Positions 7,592 to 13,693 of a stretch of DNA of 13,693 nucleotides are shown in pieces. This DNA comes from a virus: UHGV virus genome UHGV-0482402; one strand, given 5' to 3'. The number at the start of each line of letters is the position of its first letter. Positions within the stretch are counted from its first letter, which is position 1. The translations under genes were made by a program, and so were the position numbers. Below the pieces are notes generated by a model that saw nothing but the letters and a program-made list of their open reading frames with translations, did no database searches and was not told where the DNA came from.

Positions 7592-7677
7592 CTACACCGT
7601 GATAACTAAATACTACACCGTGTTTATTTAAAGTCAAAATTTTTTTGCCTACACTGTGTAGCTATGCACAGCGTGCA
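7592..7677. promoter_or_regulatory. divergent immI control region with operator-like repeats
   Basis: CTACACCGTG occurs at 7592-7601 and again at 7613-7622. A perfect 13-bp palindrome CTACACTGTGTAG sits at 7649-7661 and a second, TGCACAGCGTGCA, at 7665-7677. All lie between the divergent arc (minus) and RHH-1 (plus) start codons. Confidence 0.45.
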
Positions 7678-7686
7678 GGAGGAGAA

Positions 7687-7926
7687 ATGAAAGGTGCAAG
7701 AGATATCAGTCCATTGGGGATTAGGATTCCAGACTATTTAAAGAAACGCATTCAGCAAGAAGCGGATAAAAACGGCAGATCAATGAACTCAGAGATCGTG
7801 CTTATCCTTCAAAAACATGTTGATAATCTTGATGGCTCTCGCTCACTTGAAGGATTCGCTAACCAAGAAGCTGATAAATTCAAAGAGGCGCTACTTGAGA
7901 CGCTAAAGACCATGTATGGTAAATAA
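7687..7926 (+). CDS. ribbon-helix-helix repressor, Mnt-like architecture (RHH plus C-terminal helical oligomerisation tail), paralogue 1
   Basis: ATG at 7687 follows GGAGGAG. Translation is MKGARDISPLGIRIPDYLKKRIQQEADKNGRSMNSEIVLILQKH...EADKFKEALLETLKTMYGK. The N-terminal strand (RDISPLGIRIP) is nearly identical to that of the divergent Arc-like protein ([11 protein letters not shown]). Confidence 0.7.
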   Translation: MKGARDISPLGIRIPDYLKKRIQQEADKNGRSMNSEIVLILQKHVDNLDGSRSLEGFANQEADKFKEALLETLKTMYGK

Positions 7927-7943
7927 TTATTCAGGATGTGCCG

Positions 7944-8201
7944 ATGTCTGATCGTAAGTACAAAAACCCTCAAGTGAATCTGAGGCTTCCTGTAGAGATA
8001 AAGGAACGTCTTATTGAACTGGCTGAGGCTAATTCTCGTTCATTAAATGCTGAGATGGTCGCGGCACTTGAAGCGTGGACAGAAAAAAATAAACACATTC
8101 AAGCACTAGACCTTGCAACTATAGCATCACGATTGATAGATCTTGAACATGATGTTGAGAAGTTGAAATGCATGTATAGCAACAATAAAGACGAAAGTTA
8201 G
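7944..8201 (+). CDS. ribbon-helix-helix repressor with Arc-type N-terminal strand and a C-terminal coiled-coil extension, paralogue 2
   Basis: ATG at 7944 is 7 nt after AGGA. Translation is MSDRKYKNPQVNLRLPVEIKERLIELAEANSRSLNAEMVAALEAW..., and its N-terminus resembles recalled P22 Arc (..PQFNLRWPREV..). Confidence 0.65.
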   Translation: MSDRKYKNPQVNLRLPVEIKERLIELAEANSRSLNAEMVAALEAWTEKNKHIQALDLATIASRLIDLEHDVEKLKCMYSNNKDES

Positions 8202-8224
8202 AGATACTAACTTGGAGTGATGGC

Positions 8225-8479
8225 ATGGCTAGAGACGATCCGCACTTTAACTTCCGTATGCCTTTGGAAGTAAGAGAAAAATTGAAATTAAGAGCAGAGG
8301 CTAACGGAAGGTCAATGAACTCAGAGTTATTACAAATCGTTCAGGATGCGCTATCAAAACCATCACCGATTGCAGGCTATCGCGACGATGCTGAACGCTT
8401 GGCTGATCAGCAAGCAGAGCAGTTCAAGGCCGTTGTGTTTGAGACACTTAAAAAGATTTATGGCAAGGATGAAAAATAA
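8225..8479 (+). CDS. mnt: Mnt repressor orthologue (ribbon-helix-helix)
   Basis: MARDDPHFNFRMPLEVREKLKLRAEANGRSMNSELLQIVQDALSKPSP... is near-identical over the N-terminal half to recalled P22 Mnt (MARDDPHFNFRMPMEVREKLKFRAEANGRSMNSELLQIVQDALSKPSP...). GGAG lies 7 nt upstream. Confidence 0.85.
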   Translation: MARDDPHFNFRMPLEVREKLKLRAEANGRSMNSELLQIVQDALSKPSPIAGYRDDAERLADQQAEQFKAVVFETLKKIYGKDEK

Positions 8480-9015
8480 TGCTGCACACAATTCATTTCT
8501 TATGCCCCGTTAACACTGCCACTGTTGGGCAACTTCAGAACCACTGTCTCACCGCATTATCTCAAGGCGCAACTGAATTAAATATCCATATATCAAGTCA
8601 GGGAGGGGAAACTGCCGCTGGCTTTACTGCGTATAACTTTCTTAAGTCACTCCCTGTTACCGTTAGAACTCACAACATAAGCAATGTTGAATCCATAGCT
8701 AATATCGTTTTCCTGGCTGGCTCAGAACGTTTCGCAAACCCATTATCAAGATTCCTGTTACATCCTCTATTATGGTGCTTTGCCTCCCCAGCCGCCGACC
8801 ATGCCAGATTGAGAGAGTACGGGAAATGCCTCGATAACGATCTTGATCGCTTCGTTGAGACGTTCAATATCGACATCGGAACCCATATTAGGTGGGCATC
8901 CCTGATAGCAGACTCGACCATTTTGGATGCTAACAAGGCTCTTGAGCATGGCATAATTAATTCCATAAAAACTGCAAGGCTGGTATCCAATCAGGCAAAC
9001 TGGTGGGTTGTTTGA
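8479..9015 (+). CDS. ClpP-like serine peptidase (ClpP/crotonase fold), translationally coupled to mnt
   Basis: Its ATG overlaps the mnt stop (TAATG). LNIHISSQGGETAAGFTAYNF...NVESIANIVFLAGSERFANPLSRFLLHP lines up with recalled E. coli ClpP ([21 protein letters not shown]...[32 protein letters not shown]). Candidate triad residues are the Ser in ESIAN, the His in LLHP and a downstream Asp in IADSTILD. Confidence 0.65.
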   Translation: MLHTIHFLCPVNTATVGQLQNHCLTALSQGATELNIHISSQGGETAAGFTAYNFLKSLPVTVRTHNISNVESIANIVFLAGSERFANPLSRFLLHPLLWCFASPAADHARLREYGKCLDNDLDRFVETFNIDIGTHIRWASLIADSTILDANKALEHGIINSIKTARLVSNQANWWVV

Positions 9016-9092
9016 TGGGTAAATCATGATTACTCCTATGGCCGGAAAGATTCGCATCCTTAAATTTAGTGAGCAAGGATTACCATCACACC

Positions 9093-9278
9093 TTAACAGC
9101 CTCCGCGTCCACGAGTAATTCTGTCGCGGATTTGCTTCCTGCGGTGGTTTAAGCTGGAGAGCTTGGCTTCTGCTTCTGATATTTGCGCATCAAGATCTTT
9201 AAGTTCAAGATCTGAAAGTCGCTGGTCAAGCAGGGTTTGGTTTAACTCAATGTTGTTCAGGCGTTCTTCTATGGTCAT
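9093..9278 (-). CDS. small coiled-coil protein (61 aa), function unknown
   Basis: Track ORF trimmed to the ATG at 9278, which has AGGA 8 nt upstream. MTIEERLNNIELNQTLLDQRLSDLELKDLDAQISEAEAKLSSLNHRRKQIRDRITRGRGGC is a heptad-like, charged helix with a basic tail. Confidence 0.4.
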   Translation of the reverse strand: MTIEERLNNIELNQTLLDQRLSDLELKDLDAQISEAEAKLSSLNHRRKQIRDRITRGRGGC

Positions 9279-9309
9279 AACTTTCATCCTATAACTATTT
9301 GGAATTAAA

Positions 9310-9492
9310 ATGAAAAATATATTAATTGGTTTCGTTTTTGGTGCAGCCTGCGCCGCCAGCATTAGCGTCATAGCCGCTCAGATTGTTGGTGGTAACTCAT
9401 ATCTAATGGGCTATGACGTCATGATAAATGGAGAGGTTGTTTGCTCAGACCCTTATGTATGGACCTCGACAAAAGAAATAGAATGTGACTAA
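9310..9492 (+). CDS. small secreted or membrane-anchored protein with N-terminal signal peptide (60 aa), function unknown
   Basis: [24 protein letters not shown]... has a hydrophobic N-terminus. The mature part has two Cys ([17 protein letters not shown]). A terminator follows. The Shine-Dalgarno is weak (GGA). Confidence 0.45.
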   Translation: MKNILIGFVFGAACAASISVIAAQIVGGNSYLMGYDVMINGEVVCSDPYVWTSTKEIECD

Positions 9493-9493
9493 T

Positions 9494-9520
9494 ACCAGCC
9501 TGATGGCTGGTTAATTTTTT
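9494..9520 (+). terminator. rho-independent terminator
   Basis: ACCAGCC-TGAT-GGCTGGT followed by TAATTTTTT, immediately after the stop of the signal-peptide ORF. Confidence 0.5.
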
Positions 9521-9602
9521 CATTTACCTGGGCCATATTGACTACTTATAAAATGAGATCAATATTTAATCGCCCAATAACGGGTGTATGTTGAGGTATA
9601 TC

Positions 9603-9782
9603 ATGGCGAAAAAACCAGGTGAAAACACAGGAAAAAACGGCGGAATATACCAAGAAGTTGGCCCGCGCGGCGGTAAGAAAGGCAATTTTGCCACCGTCAA
9701 GGACAACGAAAGGCTTCCGCCAACAACAAAGCCAGGTCATGGCTGGGTATTGGATAAGCGAACTCCAGACAGCAAAAAGTAA
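9603..9782 (+). CDS. YjzC-like small protein (59 aa)
   Basis: ATG at 9603 is 6 nt after GAGGT. MAKKPGENTGKNGGIYQEVGPRGGKKGNFATVKDNERLPPTTKPGHGWVL... matches, by recollection, the Gly-rich G-x-Y-x-E-V-G...LPPT...GHxW pattern of YjzC-family small proteins. A double stop TAATAA ends it. Confidence 0.55.
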   Translation: MAKKPGENTGKNGGIYQEVGPRGGKKGNFATVKDNERLPPTTKPGHGWVLDKRTPDSKK

Positions 9783-9788
9783 TAATCA

Positions 9789-9810
9789 AGCCGGTTCACT
9801 CCGGCTTTTT
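9789..9810 (+). terminator. rho-independent terminator downstream of the YjzC-like gene (overlaps the last codons of the convergent HExxH gene)
   Basis: AGCCGG-TTCACT-CCGGCT followed by TTTT. Confidence 0.45.
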
Positions 9811-10161
9811 GATATGTCGTTCGCAGAACTCAACAAGCCTGCTCATTAAGTAGCAGTAAGTCTCGTTGGCTCTTCCTGGTTCAACATCAACACCGACCCT
9901 TGAGCAGATATCGAATGCCATGTGAGCGCACTCATGGGCAATAGTAGATAGTTTGCCATTGAACACGCCTATCACATGCAAAACACCATTCTCGCTGCTC
10001 ATTGTATGAGACGCTCCGTTGGCATCCGAGTCCTGCACGTCCACACCAAGTTTTTGATGCAGGCGTTGCCATTCTGGAAAGTCTCTACAAAACACAATTG
10101 TACCGCTCTCAAAGAGCGGTACGAGCATCTTTGGTACGTTTCCAATGTTAACTTTTTTCAT
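9796..10161 (-). CDS. minimal HExxH zinc-metallopeptidase-like protein (121 aa)
   Basis: HECAH motif within ...KLSTIAHECAHMAFDICSRVGVDVEPGRANETY..., with downstream Glu candidates for a third zinc ligand. AGGA lies 4-5 nt before the ATG at 10161. No transmembrane segment is evident. Confidence 0.55.
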   Translation of the reverse strand: MKKVNIGNVPKMLVPLFESGTIVFCRDFPEWQRLHQKLGVDVQDSDANGASHTMSSENGVLHVIGVFNGKLSTIAHECAHMAFDICSRVGVDVEPGRANETYCYLMSRLVEFCERHIKKPE

Positions 10162-10191
10162 GGTATCCTGCTCAAAACTAAGGAGGTTGGT

Positions 10192-10614
10192 GTGTTTGGC
10201 ATATTAACGAGAAGCAAGATAAAAAAATTAAGGGCGGAACTTGCCGAAACACAAAAATTAGCTTCACATTTTTACAAAATGAAACACGACGCTGAAGAGC
10301 GTGCATTCGTTGAGTTATGCGACCTATCTATTCGTATGGGGGTAGAGCCAGATGTAGCGGCAAAAACTCAAGAAGGCGTTAATATACTTGCAGATGTTGT
10401 TTTAAACAGACAATATGCGTTTTATCTAAACGAAAAAGCCATTCAAATTTACTCGCAAATTTTCCTCTTGGAAAAAAGGAGAGGAACTCGCGATAGAGAA
10501 GAGTGGCTAAATGAAGTTGTTAAAAAATCTGGCTGGGAAGTTGTTTCATCAGAGCTACCTTTTATTTGTGCTGATTTAATCGAAGAGGCAAAAGAGCGCC
10601 TATCCGATGGTTAG
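10192..10614 (+). CDS. hypothetical 140-aa protein, divergent from the HExxH gene
   Basis: Track ORF 9976-10614 trimmed to the GTG at 10192, which is 5 nt after a strong AAGGAGG (10180-10186); the earlier part overlaps the HExxH gene. The protein is a charged, helix-rich sequence with no family I recognise. Confidence 0.45.
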   Translation: MFGILTRSKIKKLRAELAETQKLASHFYKMKHDAEERAFVELCDLSIRMGVEPDVAAKTQEGVNILADVVLNRQYAFYLNEKAIQIYSQIFLLEKRRGTRDREEWLNEVVKKSGWEVVSSELPFICADLIEEAKERLSDG

Positions 10615-10646
10615 CCGAAGCCATCCTTGGCTTTATGGAGATTAAC

Positions 10647-10712
10647 ATGGTAACAGTTGGTTGGATTATCGCGTTCCTTATTGCATTTTGGGTTGGTCGT
10701 CACTGGCTGTAG
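10647..10712 (+). CDS. possible 21-aa hydrophobic micro-protein downstream of the 140-aa gene
   Basis: ATG at 10647 is 6 nt after GGAG. Translation is MVTVGWIIAFLIAFWVGRHWL. It overlaps the 3' end of the convergent gp16-like gene, so it may be fortuitous. Confidence 0.2.
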   Translation: MVTVGWIIAFLIAFWVGRHWL

Positions 10713-12834
10713 TATCTTGCTGAGATAACCATGTGATAAACCCCGTGCGAGAAATGGTTTTTGCTTCATCTGTTGACAGGGTTTTCTCCCATATCTTAAA
10801 TGCATTAGATCGCATCAGCTTCCTTTCTATTACGCGTCTCACTTCTGCTCTGTCTACTGGTGCGTTTTGCAGGCGAAATAGCATTAATTTAAACTCAGGA
10901 GAAGACAGTAGAGCATCAGCAGCCTTTATCCTGCTTGTTTTCCCTGACATCAATGCAGCCGATATTACCCCTGAAGCACCTGCTCCCAAAAGGCCAAATG
11001 AGCTTGTAATTCCTTCCGCCGCAGCAGCTTTTGAGACTATTCCATAAATTTTTGCGAGACTACCCTTTTCTTTCAGAAAGTTATTAACTTGCTGATCCAC
11101 AAGGCTACTAGCATACTGCTTACCAGTATTGAGTCTATTCATAGCCTTAGCTGCTTGATAAATCGTATCAAGGCGCTTTGATGCATCTGTGCCAATAGCA
11201 TCACGGAGAGCCTTCATATTGGCCCCATTGCGTGACATTCCGTTATACCATTTTACAAATCCATCAACTCCTAATTGCTGACCAGGTGATTTGGCATAGC
11301 TGGTAAATGCTTTATTCATTGAGGTGAGCGCAACTTCCTGCCGCATATCCTTTGGAATTGACTTCATTAATTGCCTAAAGTCACCACCGTTTCCTTTTGC
11401 CATATTAACAACGGCACTTTCAACTTTTGGAATTGCTGATTGCTGAAGTTTTCTACCCAAGACGGTTACAGCATCATCTTCAATGGATTTTCGTTTTTTT
11501 ACCAACTCCTTACCAAGCGTCCATAATTCCCCTGCACCATATTTTTCTGCGACAGCCTGTTGGTCATCTGTTATGGCTGCATATAACTTTTTAAGAACAC
11601 CTGTTTCTTCATCCTTGAATGGGCCAGAGCCTTTGCCAATAGCTTGTCCAACCTGCTTTCTAGCGAGATCTAAACGCCCATACGTTGGCAAGGTGTTTGG
11701 ATCAAGTCGGTTCAATGTCCGCTTCATTATTGGAGATAATTCATCAATTCCACCTATGTCATCAGCAAAATCCTCTAAAAAATTCAATGTATTAGTTGCC
11801 TCAATCCGGTCTCTTACAGGTACCTTTTCGGCAATTTTGTTGTAGATGTTATCTGACTGATTTTGTAATGATGAAATGGTTTTATCAAAATTATCTGCAA
11901 GCCTGTCAGAAACCAGTTGCTTATCAAGGTTTCCCCCAAATGAAGTTATCATTTCATCAGCTTTTCTTCCTAATTCAGTAATAAAACGCTTATGCGCCTC
12001 ACTAATCTCTGTTCCAGGGAGACTTGCCACTGCATTATCAAGAGCCCTGACAGCAGGATTATTAGAGATCATGCCTGGAGTGGCATAATTTTCCAGTTCT
12101 AGCTCACGAATAGCATTTATCGCGTTAAAATCAGGATTAACTTCATCGGCGAAATCTTGAATAGCTCGTTGCCCACCAATAAATTTATTATCCATTGCGC
12201 CAGCAGCTTTCTTTAACGTTGCTTTAGATGATTTACTACCCATCCCTACGGATGAGCGATAAATATCTCCGGCACTATTTTTAATTTTTCCTGCAATCTT
12301 CCCAAGCGCTGGACCAACAATCTCGGCTACAGGGCCAGCCACAGCGCCAATAGCAGCGCCGGAAGCAACATCGCTATTTGTTCCATTGGCTACAATAGCC
12401 CCTTCTCCAGCACCAAGCCCTGCGGCGGCAGCCAGCCTTGCCGCCCCTTTCGGAACCTGAGAAATAATCCCACCACCACTAACAAATGGTGCTGCTTGTC
12501 CAACGAACTCACCAACATCTTGTGCGGTTGATGGTTTTGCCGCTAACTTCTGCTGTAGAGACTGAATTGCGGCTTGCTCTTCTGGTGTCATGTCCTGAAA
12601 CAGGCCAACACCTTTACCAACATCCATCAATCCACTGAGAACGCCATACATAAAACGGTCGAAACCGTTAGCATTATTAACAACATTTTCCTGTCTGGAA
12701 TTTTCCTCTGGTGAAACCAAAGGAGATTGCTGCTGTTCTGGTTGGGAATCAAGCACAAAGCCATCAGGAAGCTGTGAGTTATCAGGCTGATTATCGAGAA
12801 CAAAGCCTTCGGGTAAACCTACATCGGTTGCCAT
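10678..12834 (-). CDS. virion ejection/injection protein (P22 gp16-like by position)
   Basis: 718 aa with Gly/Ala-rich segments (AAAGLGAGEGAIVANG..., GAAIGAVAGPVAEIVGPALG). Its start overlaps the upstream gene's 3' end by 16 nt. It lies directly upstream of the immI region, as in the P22 order 20-16-sieA-mnt. Confidence 0.65.
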   Translation of the reverse strand: MATDVGLPEGFVLDNQPDNSQLPDGFVLDSQPEQQQSPLVSPEENSRQENVVNNANGFDRFMYGVLSGLMDVGKGVGLFQDMTPEEQAAIQSLQQKLAAKPSTAQDVGEFVGQAAPFVSGGGIISQVPKGAARLAAAAGLGAGEGAIVANGTNSDVASGAAIGAVAGPVAEIVGPALGKIAGKIKNSAGDIYRSSVGMGSKSSKATLKKAAGAMDNKFIGGQRAIQDFADEVNPDFNAINAIRELELENYATPGMISNNPAVRALDNAVASLPGTEISEAHKRFITELGRKADEMITSFGGNLDKQLVSDRLADNFDKTISSLQNQSDNIYNKIAEKVPVRDRIEATNTLNFLEDFADDIGGIDELSPIMKRTLNRLDPNTLPTYGRLDLARKQVGQAIGKGSGPFKDEETGVLKKLYAAITDDQQAVAEKYGAGELWTLGKELVKKRKSIEDDAVTVLGRKLQQSAIPKVESAVVNMAKGNGGDFRQLMKSIPKDMRQEVALTSMNKAFTSYAKSPGQQLGVDGFVKWYNGMSRNGANMKALRDAIGTDASKRLDTIYQAAKAMNRLNTGKQYASSLVDQQVNNFLKEKGSLAKIYGIVSKAAAAEGITSSFGLLGAGASGVISAALMSGKTSRIKAADALLSSPEFKLMLFRLQNAPVDRAEVRRVIERKLMRSNAFKIWEKTLSTDEAKTISRTGFITWLSQQDTTASDDQPKMQ

Positions 12835-13693
12835 TGTCCGTTCCTATAAATGAGTTTCTGACCAGTTTTAGGGTTCGTTGCCGTCGCGCCTTCTGATATC
12901 CCACTTGGCGCAGCTTTTGTCTGCCCATTACCACCTTGTGGTGTAGGCTGCGCTGGGACATCGTCAAATAGCTTGGCCTTCCTTCTCCCTAAACTTTTTT
13001 TCAGCCCCTGAGGAATAGTATCTCCATACGTATCCAGATATTCGTCTACCTGCTGGTTAAACTGCTGCCCCATAGCGTTGGCGTTAATTTTTGCTGCGTT
13101 GACAATGTTATCCCTCGCTTCCTGTGACAAGCCATTCCCTGCATTAAGCTGGTCTACATATCCTTTTATCTGCCCCCATATGCCATCAGAGCGCATGACC
13201 TGAACCTGTTCACCTTCGCGAACAACTGACTGAGGGTCGAGAGACTTCATGTAATTAAAGATAATCCCAAGTTGGGCAGCGCCAGTATTTACCTTGCTAA
13301 GGGCTTGCAGAGAGTTTGCCGCCGCTCTGACAGAGTTATAATTTTTGCCAAAATTGGTAATGTCAGAATTTAATCCCTTAATTAAGTCTGCTGACGGCTT
13401 ACCTTTTTGCCCCAGCTCCATTAGCTTCAATCCCATCTCATCTGAGTGCATTTGTGCCCGCTGAGCCCTGTCTAGTTGAGCGTTCTGGATATTTGCCCAT
13501 CCTCTCGCATTCTCCATGTCAGCCTGACGGATGCTTTCATCCAATCGCCCTTGCTCAAGTCGACGCCCCTCCATTTGATCTTTGATATCGAAATACTTCT
13601 CATGGCCGAGAGAAAATAGTGCCAGATTACCTGCAAAGTGCTGGAAGCCCTGCGGGTCATTAACCTGCATTTCAGCAATAGTTTCTGGAGGGA
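12819..13693 (-). CDS. virion ejection protein (P22 gp20-like by position), C-terminal part; 5' end outside the window
   Basis: The minus-strand frame stays open to the window edge at 13693, so the track start at 13670 is not the true start. The Gln/Asn-rich helical sequence ends in ...KLIYRNGQWQPM. Confidence 0.6.
   Translation of the reverse strand, partial: PPETIAEMQVNDPQGFQHFAGNLALFSLGHEKYFDIKDQMEGRRLEQGRLDESIRQADMENARGWANIQNAQLDRAQRAQMHSDEMGLKLMELGQKGKPSADLIKGLNSDITNFGKNYNSVRAAANSLQALSKVNTGAAQLGIIFNYMKSLDPQSVVREGEQVQVMRSDGIWGQIKGYVDQLNAGNGLSQEARDNIVNAAKINANAMGQQFNQQVDEYLDTYGDTIPQGLKKSLGRRKAKLFDDVPAQPTPQGGNGQTKAAPSGISEGATATNPKTGQKLIYRNGQWQPM

Noticed and set aside
8670-9057. Minus-strand ORFs 8670-8990 and 8770-9057
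   Set aside because: They are antisense to the ClpP-like gene, which has recognisable peptidase motifs in the plus frame.
9026-9115. 29-codon plus-strand ORF (MITPMAGKIRILKFSEQGLPSHLNSLRVHE) after the ClpP-like gene
   Set aside because: No convincing Shine-Dalgarno, and it overlaps the 3' end of the convergent coiled-coil gene.
9546-9849. Track ORFs 9546-9740 (minus) and 9619-9849 (plus)
   Set aside because: They overlap the YjzC-like gene in other frames or strands. The 9619-9849 frame also runs through the terminator hairpin.
9976-10191. 5' extension of the 140-aa ORF
   Set aside because: It overlaps the convergent HExxH gene over about 185 nt. A strong AAGGAGG and GTG start at 10192 give a non-overlapping gene.
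10611-12896. Track ORFs 10611-10805 (minus), 10733-11047, 11483-11845, 11796-11981, 11876-12088 and 12711-12896 (plus)
   Set aside because: All are embedded in or antisense to the 718-aa ejection-protein gene, and their Ser/Pro/Ala-rich translations are typical of out-of-frame reads.

Overview
This window reads as a contiguous slice of a P22-like (lambdoid, short-tailed) temperate phage genome. All family names below come from reading the translations and recalling known proteins; no database search or HMM was run.

Layout, from high to low coordinates (structural side on the minus strand): the 3' part of a gp20-like ejection protein, a gp16-like ejection protein, an accessory cluster in the slot where P22 carries sieA, an expanded immI region with an Mnt orthologue and two extra ribbon-helix-helix (RHH) genes divergent from arc-ant, a terminator, the tailspike, a small membrane protein, a LexA-box-controlled dinI homologue, an attP-like region, then int, xis and small early-left genes ending in an Ea22-like fragment.

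The best candidate for an undescribed system is the accessory cluster at 8479-10712. It holds a ClpP-like serine peptidase translationally coupled to mnt, a minimal HExxH metallopeptidase-like protein divergent from a 140-aa protein, and several small proteins. The four-RHH immI module and the mosaic tailspike with a C-terminal autochaperone are also worth follow-up.

Because int-attP lies about 1 kb from the tailspike, the sequence is in phage (unintegrated) permutation, not a prophage with host junctions. No tRNA, rRNA, CRISPR array or IS element was found.
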